Assembly (NCBI RefSeq): GCF_963921235.1
Contig: NC_086097.1
Location: 149,732,001-149,792,000 of the forward strand
Reading direction: 5' to 3'
Length of the DNA stretch: 60,000 nucleotides
Source: Mobula hypostoma
Lineage: Eukaryota
Shown piece by piece: positions 50,096 through 60,000 of the stretch; position 1 is the stretch's first letter, and every line of letters begins with the position of its first letter. The notes under the pieces are model-generated. The model made no database searches. It was not told the origin of the DNA and worked only from the letters and a program-made list of their open reading frames with translations. Both the position numbers and the translations under genes were made by a program.

Positions 50096-51764
50096 TTCCT
50101 CGCCAGACCAAGTGGAAAGGACATAGGTTTAGAAATTCATCTCGAAATTAACTAGGACACTGAATGGGAAACCTCCTTCTACTTCAGTTTAAGACAGTAT
50201 TGCAGAGCTGGTTTTGAGGTGGGTGCTGAAATCTTCCCTTGGATTATTTTAATAGTTAGCTGGAGATAATCGAAAGCTAGACAAGCAATTGCTGTAAACT
50301 GTAGCCCACAAATAATTTATTTGCAGAAAAGTCAATGAATAAAACATTGTTAAAACATGTAGAATAATAACATAAGGAAACAGCTAGAGCAGCAATTATT
50401 TTAATTACTGAGTGTTAAAATAATTGGAAAGTCGTACTAGGACTTGTACTATGAATGGTGGGGCACTAGGGAGTGTAATGGAACAGAGGGGCCTTGGAGC
50501 TCAAATGCATAGTCATTGAAAGCAGAGGCAAAGGTAGACAGGGGAATGAAAATAGCATTTGGCATGCTGGCCTTCATTAGTCAGGGCACTGAACACAGGA
50601 GTTGGGAAATTATGTTGTCATTGTACAAGTTGTTGGTGAGACCACACAGTGTACAGTTTTGGTCATCCTGATACAAGAAAGATGTGGTAAACTGAAAAGA
50701 GTGCAGAAAATATTGCCAGGACTGAAAGTCCCTAGTTATAGGGAAAGGATTGCCAGGCTAAATCTTTATTGGCAGGAGAAAGAGAGGCTACGTTATAGAA
50801 ATGTTCTAAACTATGAGAGGCGTAGATGAAATAATAGCAGTCTTTTCCCAGGGTAGGGGAGTCCAAAACTAGGGGTCAGAGGGGGAAAGATTTCTGAGGG
50901 GCACCATTCTGACAGAAGGTAGTGAGTATACGGAACAAGCTGCCAATTTAGGACAGGTACATCATGTCATTTAAGAAGCACTTGGATAGGCACGTGGAGG
51001 GGTGAGATTTAGAGGGATATGGGCTTATCACAGGAAATTGGGACTTGCTGGGTGAGCACTGTGGACAACATGGATTCATTGAGCTGAATGATCTGTGTCC
51101 ATGCAGTATTGCTCCATGACTCTGCTGAAGCAGTCTTAAACGAAAGAACCTCAAATGCCAAGGTAAATTGGTGATATCTAGTTTTATGGCATAAACATCT
51201 CACCTTTGATCAATCACACTACTTATCTATCATTCTTTCCTGATTATTTTCCCCCCCACTCATCTTCAGCCCAATCCCTTATAACTGACTTTATCCTGGT
51301 CCCTGATATCCATCCTCAATGATCCCATATTTAAAAAAAGCTGTCCTCACTGCCACTAATTCCACCTCAGTAATTTTGCCTGACTCCACGTGATCTCAGA
51401 TCACATCTTGCTCACATGTCATCTTTGCCTTTGATAGATGTCACTCCTGCCTGTCTCTGCAACTGGTTATTAAAGTGGTCTCCTCAGCAACGTTGCTACT
51501 GTTTTCTAACTCATATTAAGTTTCATTCTTCTGTCACCTATTTTTCAGACCTACATTAATTCACAGTCCAATGATGCTTCAATTTAAAATTCTCATCCTT
51601 GGCTTCAATTCCTTATATATTTTGCCCTCGTGCTATCCATCCCAGCAACTCTACCATCTCCAATCTGCAGCTGCACCATTCTGAATCCAGGTACTTCACT
51701 GATTTTAAATGCTTCAATATTGACTGTGCTTTTGGCTCTGAAGGCCATAAACTCCTTCCTTAAG

Positions 51765-52000
51765 TCTCCAGCCTCATATCCCCTTTGCCAATCACCTGTC
51801 CAGCTCTTGGCTCCATCCCTTCCCCTCCTGTCTTCTCCTATCATCTTGGATCTCTCCCTCCCCCTCCCACTTTCAAATCTCTTACTAGTTCTTCCTTCAG
51901 TTAGTCCTGACGAAGGATCTCAGCCCAAAATGTCGACTGCACCTCTTCCCAGAGATGCTGCCTGGCCTGCTGCGTTCACCAGCAAATTTGATGTGTGCTG
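51765..52000 (+). mobile_element. PLE terminal-repeat fragment with hammerhead-like motif
   Basis: Closely similar to 9100-9324; AGTCCTGACGAAGGATCTCAGCCCAAAATGTCGACT at 51903-51938. Confidence 0.85.
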
Positions 52001-52199
52001 CTGTCCTTCTCCTAAGCTGGTTGTCAGCCAAGGCTAGTGAGCCCAGCCTGCCTGCCCAGTTATACCACTGGACACTCGGTCACGCCATGACTTAGCAAAC
52101 TCAGTAAGAACAGGGACACCACATTGAAGGAGTTGCTATGGGCACAATAGTGTAGGAGAAGCCATATGCAAGTGACCTCCTACATGGCAAGCCAAACAA

Positions 52200-53210
52200 T
52201 ATAATGAGAACATGAGATAATAAGAATAAAGCCCTTAAAGTGAGATCACTGGTTGAGAGAACATCTCAATGGCTGGACAAGTGAGTGTAGTTACCCCCTT
52301 TGTTCAAGAGCCTGATGGCTGTGGAGTACTAACTGTTCTTGAACCTGGTGATGCAAGTCCTGAGGCTCCTGTACCTTCTAACCGATGGCAGCAGTGAGAA
52401 AAGAGCATGACGTAGGGATCTCTGATGATGAGTGCTGCTTTCCTACAATACTGTTCCATGTAGATGTGCTCAATGACTGGGGGGGGGGGGGCTTTCCCCG
52501 TGATGTCCTGGGCCAAAGCCATTACATTTTGAAGGATTTTCTGTTCAAAGGCATTGGTTTCCATACCAGGCTGTGGCCAGTCAATATTCTCTCCATTACA
52601 TATCAAAAGAAGTTTGTCAAAGTTTTAGATGTCATGCCATATCTCCGCAGACTAAGGGCTGCCGTGCTTTTTCACAATTGCATTTATATGCTGGGTCCAG
52701 GACAGGTCCTCTGAAACAGCAACACCCAGGAATTTAAAATTGATCACCCTCTCCACTTCTGATCCTCCAAGGACTGACTCATGGGCCTCTGGTTTTCCTC
52801 TCCTGGCCTACAATCAATTCTTTGGTCTCACTAACATTGAGTGAGAGGTTGTTGTTATGACATTACCCAGCCAAATTTTCAGTCTCCCTTCTGTGTGCTG
52901 ATTCAGATGCTACATCCAGATGTATGTATCTTTGTTGTCCAGGGTTGAGTAAAGAGCCAATGAGATGGCATTTGCTGAGGTTCTGATAGGCAAATTGGAG
53001 TGGATCCAATTTGATCCAGGAGCTGATAAGTTACATCACCAACCTCTCAAAACACTTCATCACTGTGGATGTAAGAGATTAAAGAATTCAGTGAACACTC
53101 CAGTCAGTTGGTCAACACAGGTCTTTAGTATATGGCCAGGTACTCCATCTGGGCTGGATGCTTTCCTTGGATTCACCCTCCTGAAGGCAGACTGCGCGTC
53201 AACCTCAGAA
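52200..53210 (-). mobile_element. Internally deleted Rex1/Babar-type LINE
   Basis: [30 protein letters not shown] at ~53.1 kb, and C-terminal KILQNVMALAQDITG..YCRKAALIIRDP. Confidence 0.8.
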
Positions 53211-53319
53211 GTTGTGGTTAATCTGATAATGGTTGATCCATTTAGTCCTATATAATTGTAGGTCACAATTCTGGAATTTTCTAGATCAATTTGGAGACTA
53301 CCTGTTGGTGCACATCTAG

Positions 53320-53985
53320 GGTGGCCACTTTATTAGCTATGCCTGCTCATTAATACAAATCAGCTAATCATGTGGCAGCAACTTAATACATAAAACGCTT
53401 GGCCTGCTGCGTTCACCAGCAACTTTGATGTATGTTACATAAAAGAATGCAGACATGTTCAAATGATTCATTTGTTGTTCAGACTAAACACCAGAATGGG
53501 GAAGAAATGTGATTTAGGTGACTTTAACCACAGACTGACTGTTCATGCCGGACAGGATGGTTTGAGCATCTCAGAAACTGCTGATCTCCTGGGATTTTCA
53601 CACACAACAGTCTCTAGCGTTTACAGAGAATGGTGAAAATAAATAATCGAGTGAGCAGCAGTTCAATGGGCAAAACACCTCTTTAATGAAACACACAAAG
53701 TTGCTGGTGAACGCAGCAGATCAGGCAGCATCTCCAGGAAGAGGTACAGTCAACGTTTCACGCCGAGACCCTTCATCAGACAAAGGGTCTAGGCCTGAAA
53801 CGTCGACTGTACCTCTTCCTAGAGATGCTGTCTGGCCTGCTGCGTTCACCAGCAACTTTGATGTGTGTTGCTTGAATTTCCAGCATCTGCAGAATTCCTG
53901 TTGTTCACCTTTTTAATGAGATAGGTTAGAGGAGATTAATCAGACTGGTCAAGCTGACAGGAAAGCGACAGTAATTCAAATCACT
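53320..53985 (+). mobile_element. Tc1/mariner DNA transposon relic (left part)
   Basis: GTGGCCACTTTATTAG TIR-like start and transposase N-terminus MGKKCDLGDF..SETADLLGFSHTTVS..YREW. Homologous to the element starting at 58346. Confidence 0.75.
53690..53905. mobile_element. Compact PLE-derived palindromic unit inserted in Tc1
   Basis: Inverted arms meet at ~53779. 14-bp TSD CACCTYTTTAATGA with one mismatch (53676-53689 / 53906-53919). Confidence 0.9.
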
Positions 53986-55109
53986 CGATTCCAAAACAGC
54001 TTCTTCCCCTCTGCCATCCGATTTCTATACAGACATTGAACCCATGAACACTTCTTCACTACTTCTTTTATTTCTGTTTTTTTGCACTACTTATTTTTAA
54101 CTTAACTATTTAATAGACATATATACTTACTGTAATTCAGTTTCCCTCTCTGTATTTATCTATCATGTATTTCATTGTACTGCTGCCATAAAGTTAACAA
54201 ATTTCATGGCATATGCCAGTAACATTAAACCCGATTCTGAAATAACCATGAGTTACAACTGGGTTGTAACCATGAGTTACAACAATGTACAATGAACCTT
54301 GAAGTGGATGGGTGACAACAGCAGAAGACCATGAACATGAAATAATGTTCAGCGGGCACATTATTACATATGCTTTATTAGCCATTCTATTAGTGAAGTT
54401 TCTACTGAACGTAGGTTTCCTTCAGTCTGTGTCTGTATATATAGTGGGAAATCATGCACACAAATTAAGCTGGAGTCACAGCGGTACTGGAGAGCAGACA
54501 GATGTCCCATCCCAAATTACATGGGCTCTTAAAGAAGCATAGAGGAAACCGCTGTCTGTATCTTTTTCAGCTAAAATAAGGCTTTTCTGCAATAGCAATA
54601 AAGATTTATCTATTTTCCAGGGCATACAGATCAATTTTCATATGCAATTTAAAAATGAGGTAATTACAATATTAAAACAAGTTGTACCAGAGATGTCAGT
54701 ATAACACTAACTTCCCAACTGATCTGGAAATACTTGATAAAAACTGTTTTAAATTGATTATGTTTTCTACAAATGCTGTACAAGTCATTTTTGATAGATT
54801 TCCATTAAATATCCCTACTATGCTTCACCTAATCTGTGTGGTGAACGCTGAAGCTTAGTCCTTAAGCTGTTCAAAGGCTCTAGAAACCAATATCCTTACA
54901 GCGCAGATACAGGCCACTTGATACATCTCAACTATGTTTGTCCTTGACAGAGAAATCCAAATCAATTCCTTCTACATCGTTTCCCCATTCACAAATCAGG
55001 TATCACCCACTGCCAATTGGAAACCCATGATCCAAGGAGGAGGCCACATGCCGACAGTATTCTAACATTAATGACACACCTTGATAAATGTGCAATCCAC
55101 ATGAAAAAA

Positions 55110-55885
55110 GTTCAAAGTAGATTTATTATCAAAGTACATATATGTCGCCTTGTACTACCCCAAGTGGATACGGCACATGGCCAAGGGGATAAGGTGTCGG
55201 TCTAGTGATCTGAAAGTCGCAATTTCAAGCCTCAGCTGAGGCAGCATGTTGTTTCCTCGAGCAAGGCACTTAACCATTGCTCTGCGACGACACCGGTGCC
55301 AAACTGTATCGGCCCTAGTGCCCTTCTCTTTGACAACATTGGTGTCTTGGAGAGGGGAGGCTTGCAGCATGGGCAACTGCCAGTCTTCCATACAACCTTC
55401 CAAGGCACAAATCCATGGTCTCACGAGACTAACGGATGCCTATAACTACCCCAAGATTCTTGCAGACATTTGCAGTAGATTCAAGAAAATACAATAAAAT
55501 CATGAAAATCAACACACAAAGGTGAATAAGTAACCAATGTGTTAAAGACAGACTGTGTAAATACAAAAAAAAATACATTGAGAACACGAGTTTTAGAGTC
55601 CTTAAAAGTGAAACCATAGGTTGTAGAATTATTCAGTGTTGAAGTGAGTGAAGGTATGCACACCGGTTCTGGACCCTGATGGTTGAAAGGCAATTACTGT
55701 TCTTGAACCTGCTGTGGGACCCAAGACTCCTATACCTCCTTAATGGCAGCAGTGAGAAGAGAGCATGGTCTGGATATAGGTGTAGAGGGTAGGGGAGGGA
55801 ACGGAGTCCTTGATGATTGATGCTACTTTCTTGTGGCTGCACTCCTTAATGTTCAATGGTGGGAGGGCATTTCCTGCAATGGACT
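55110..55885 (-). mobile_element. Rex1/Babar-type LINE 3' fragment with nested SINE
   Basis: Same 3' end as 2960 and 58780; HALFSLLPLRRYRSL..SRFKNS on the minus strand. Confidence 0.75.
55165..55444 (+). mobile_element. tRNA-headed SINE with RTE-derived body (second copy)
   Basis: Homologous to 30748-31059. Perfect 11-bp TSD ACTACCCCAAG (55154-55164 / 55445-55455). Confidence 0.88.
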
Positions 55886-55974
55886 GGAAAAACACACAAA
55901 GTACTGAACTGGGCTCCACACAACTTGGCCTATAAAAATTAAATTCACAGATGTGGATATTTATTAGTTAAACA

Positions 55975-56185
55975 GGCAAAATGCTGGAGGAGCTCAGCAG
56001 GTCACACAGCATGTTTTGGGCCAAGATCCTTCTTCAGGATTGCTGGACTCCCCCAGCCTTGAAAAGGGGCTTCAGCCTGAAACGTTGGCTATTTATTCAT
56101 TTCTATGGACGCTGACTGATCTGCTGAGTTCCTCCAGCATTTTGTATGAGTTGATTTGGATTTCCAGCTTCTGCAGAGTCTCTTG
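55975..56185. mobile_element. PLE-derived inverted mini-unit
   Basis: AAAATGCTGGAGGAGCTCAGCAG... versus ...CTGCTGAGTTCCTCCAGCATTTT form inverted arms, with degenerate hammerhead-like cores between them. Confidence 0.75.
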
Positions 56186-56889
56186 TATGTATTAGTTAAT
56201 GTAAGGATTGCACACAGGGTAAAGAAAACACTTGAAACTACAAAAATATTCTTGGACTGTAAGGAAGCCAAGTTGTCAACATTACTCATCAACTAAATTT
56301 TGGAGATTACACAGGAGATTGAACTGCTCAGAGTTATGAAGTATTTTCTATTGCTGTTTCCAGACTCCAGACTTGGGCAAAATGCAAACAGAAATAATAG
56401 TTGTGCGTCAAGCAGTTGATTCTCCTGCTTACAGCTGATAATCACACACAAACTAGTGCACATCTGCCAGGTCTTTTAACATGGGGCTTACAATTATCCA
56501 GTAGTTTCAATTATTTTTTTAAATTCCAATTAATTAAATTCAAATTCCACAACTGACATGGCATTTATGGATTCTGGCTTCTGGATTACTGTTCGTTAAC
56601 TTAACCAGCTCTTAAGCCATTTCACTGCGCTCCACTATTATCCAAAAATCTCTGAATCCATGTCCTGAATACACTCAACAACTTAAACCTCCTGTGAATT
56701 CTAAAGAGTGAAGGAAGTCTGGTTAACCTAAATAGTGTGTCAATTGTTTTGAAACTCTGAAACCTGGTTCTGGATACTCCAGCCAGGGAAAACACTCTTC
56801 TCCATCCAGCCTGTCAAATTTCATAGGAGCTTGATAAATTTCAATGTGATCATCTCTTACTCTTTTGGGAAAGATGTTACACTCCATTT

Positions 56890-57380
56890 TTCAGTGTGAT
56901 AATCTCTCTCACTGCTCCGCCTCTGTGATACCACCTCTTGTTTCTTCCTCCCCCGCCCCCCACCTCACCTTTTCACTCTGACTTCTACTCTTTTTTTTCC
57001 CCAGTTCTGACAAAGGATCTCAGCCCAAAACTCTGACTCTTTACTTTTCTTCCAAAGATGCTGAATTTCCAGCATCTGCAGATTTTCTCATGTTTGTGAT
57101 TCGACTACGACACAGCAAAGTCTCTTTGAGGGATGCCTGCTCTGAAGTAGTTTAAATCTTCCCTTCAACAGGAGTTCAGTGATGCTCTCTCTCACTGCTC
57201 CCCATCTGTGATACCATCTTGTACTTTTTCCTCCCCTCCACCTACCTTCTTACTCCGACCTCATCTCTTTTTCTCTCCCAGTCCTGATGAAGGGTCTCCG
57301 CCTGAATTGTCAACTGTTTACTCTTTTCCAAAGATGCTGCCTGGCCTGCTGAGTTCCTCCAGCATTTTGTGTGTGTTACT
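56890..57380 (+). mobile_element. Two tandem PLE terminal-repeat fragments within a CR1 relic
   Basis: TCTCTCACTGCTCC..CTGTGATACCA occurs at ~56905 and ~57188. Each copy is followed by a hammerhead-like motif (57003-57038, 57280-57315). Confidence 0.75.
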
Positions 57381-58345
57381 TTCCCAAGCATATTCTTACT
57401 TAAGTCAGACCTATACACAATATTCCAGATGCAGTTTCACAAGAACTCTTTATAATTTGAACACAATCATTCTATTCTTGTATTCAGGTTGTACATTTGG
57501 AATAAAATCGAACATGCCATTTCTCTTCCTCATTGTTTGCTGTGCTTGTATCTTAATCTTCTGGGTACAAGGACAACCAGTCTCTTAACAGACACTTACC
57601 TTTAAAAAATAAACTGCTTTACTACTTTGTGTGGGACATCACATTTTTTTTCACTTGCTATTTCATCTTCCATGGGCTTTCCCTTCCCTTAGCCTGACTA
57701 TATGCCCAGTAAATTCCTAGTCATTTGTAATTAAACCTTTCTGCAACCTCCTCACTGTCCATAATAACACCTCGTTTTGTGTCATCGGAATATCTAGTCC
57801 TCTCATCTAAATTGCTGAAGTAGGTTATGAGCAGCTGAGCCCAGCACCGATCCTTTCTTTCCTGACTAGAAACAGCTTCCCAACCTGAAAATGGTCAGTT
57901 TATTCCCACTCTCTTTTCTGCGCATCAAAAAATTCCCAATCCAGACCTGCATATTACTCCCTATTCCTTGTGCTCTAATATCATTTAATAACCTCCAACA
58001 GCGGGGATGCATTGCTACCATTCAGTCTGTGGAAACCATTTATAATCTATGCTGTAATAAACAATGATACTGTTTATTACAGCATAGATTATAATGGTTG
58101 TGAGTCTACTTAGCTTCAACCTTTTTCCAAAGTATATCAACTAAAGTGGTCAATTTAGCAGCTTTGCTGAGCAGCAACAGTCTGCTGGAAAAACTCAATG
58201 GGCCGAGCAGCATCTGTGGGAGGAAAGGAATTGTCGATGAAATTGCCAATAGGAAGCAGTAACCAATCAGGGATATACACAAAATGTTGTAGGAACCCAG
58301 GCAGGAATGTGAGGATCAGTGCTCTTAATCTATTTCAGCAATGTA

Positions 58346-59566
58346 CTCTCAGTAGCCACTTTATTAAATGCCACCTGCTCATTAATGCAAATTTCAAATC
58401 AGCCAATCGTGTGGCAGCAACTCAATGGATAAAATCATGTAGACATGGTCAAGAGGTTCAGTTGTTATCCAGACCAAACATTAGAATGGGGAAGAAGTGT
58501 GATCCAAATGAATTTGATCGCTGGTGCCTGATGTGGTGGTTTAAGTATCTGAAAAACTGCTGATCTCTTGGGATTTTCATGCACAACAGTCTCTAGAGTT
58601 TACAGAGAATGATGCAAAAAACAAACAAAAAGAGATCAGTGAGTAGCAGTTCCTTTTCTGAAAATGTCTTGTTAATGAAAGAGGTCAGAGGAAACTGGTC
58701 AAGCTGACAGTCACTGAAAAAAAAGTTGAAACAGTGGTGTGCATCTCTGAACAAAAAGTTCAAAGTCATTAACAAAGTTCAAAGCAAATTTATTATCAAA
58801 TTGCACATATGTCGCCGCATACAACCCTGAGATTCATTTTCTTGCAGGCATACTCAAATCCAATAACCATAATAGAATCCATGAAAGGCCACAACAACTT
58901 GGGAAATCAACTAGTGTGCAAAAGACAATGAACTGAAAATTACAAAAATAAATAATAAATAAAAAGTAATAAATATCAAGAACTTGAGATGAAGAGGCTT
59001 TGACAGCGAGTCCATAGCTTATGGGAACATTTCAGTTATGGGGCAAGAGAAGTTGAGTGAAGTTATCCCCTTTGGTTCAAGAGCCTGATGACTAAGGGGC
59101 AATAACTGCTCCTGAACCTAGTGGTGCGATTCTGAAGCTCCTGTACCTTCCTGATGGCAGCAGCAAGAAGAGAGCATGTGGGAGTCCCTGATGACGTATG
59201 CTGCTCTCCTGAGATAATGCTTCGTGTAGATGTGTTTAATGGTAGGGAGGGCTTTACTCATGATGGACTGGGCTGTATCCATTACATTTTGTAGGATTTT
59301 CCATGCAAAGACCTTGGTGTTTCTATACCAGGCTGTGAGGCAGCCAATCAATATACTCTCCACCACACATCTGTAAAAATTTGTCAAAGTTTTAGATGCC
59401 ATATCAAATCTTTGCAAACTTCTAAGGAAGTAGAGCTGCTGTTGTGCTTCCTCTTTAATTGCATTTTGTGCTGGCAACACATGTCAAATCTTGAAGTGGG
59501 TGGACTTGTGGTCACAAAAACACACAACGGATTCACTTCTGTGACTAATAAAGTAGCCACTGATTG
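58346..59566 (+). mobile_element. Internally deleted Tc1/mariner element with both TIRs, containing a Rex1-type insertion (~58755-59460, minus strand)
   Basis: Left TA|CTCTCAGTAGCCACTTTATTA and right TAATAAAGTAGCCACTGATTG|TA (imperfect TIRs with TA duplication); MGKKCD transposase start. The insert encodes QQQLYFLRSLQRF..LTNFYRCVVESIL. Confidence 0.8.
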
Positions 59567-60000
59567 TAGATAAGAGGACCTGATATTCTGATGAAAGTCT
59601 ACCATCTTCAGTCTCTTGTGTTTCCATTTCTTTGAACAGACTTGGAGAATATATTTTTATTCAACTATTGTGCTGAAAAACAAATATCCAGTATAATCTT
59701 GGCCTGGAGGATTGCCCTGACTTACGGAATCCATTAAACTCTTTGGGGAAAGTACTCTTCTGAGAGTCAGTGGACTCGAGGCACATCCATACAGGTTCAA
59801 CTAATATAGAATATTTAACTAAGTAATGTACAGTGTCTGGATGAATTTCTTTCCACCTTATGCTGTTCCTATTGTATAATACGCCTACAGTTTAGTTTAT
59901 TATATTCACAAACCTGCAGGCCAAGCAAAATTATACCATGACGACAGAGAAACTTGGGCAACCATTTGGCAGAACTTCATGGCATAAATGATACTTATTT

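Noticed and set aside
1..60000. Remaining 60-190 aa ORFs, and exons of usual TG neighbours (SLA, CCN4)
   Set aside because: The ORFs are TE remnants, antisense frames or random, and I recognised no exons of other genes.

Overview
Vertebrate genomic DNA. The repeat families point to a cartilaginous fish, probably a ray; this is inference. The only host gene I can support is the 3' end of thyroglobulin (TG) on the + strand. Three exons (27501-27635, 28871-29064, 36721-36821) encode the end of the cholinesterase-like domain and a tail ending ...GEAYQ*, with polyA signals at about 36915-36932. The ORF track misses all three exons. The rest is intronic or downstream DNA dense with transposons: a decayed Gypsy element with PPT and 3' LTR, many CR1 and Rex1/Babar LINE fragments, tRNA-derived SINEs, RTE-derived non-autonomous elements, Tc1/mariner relics, one young 5'-truncated I-group (Nimb-like) LINE with an open RT-RNaseH frame and a 9-bp TSD, and two Penelope-like (PLE) families. 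Top leads: (1) short non-coding PLE-derived units carrying minimal hammerhead ribozyme motifs, often inserted as head-to-head palindromes with 12-15 bp TSDs; (2) a possible short TG isoform ending GEYK* with its own AATAAA just inside the last intron. Repeat boundaries were read by eye and are approximate unless a TSD is quoted.
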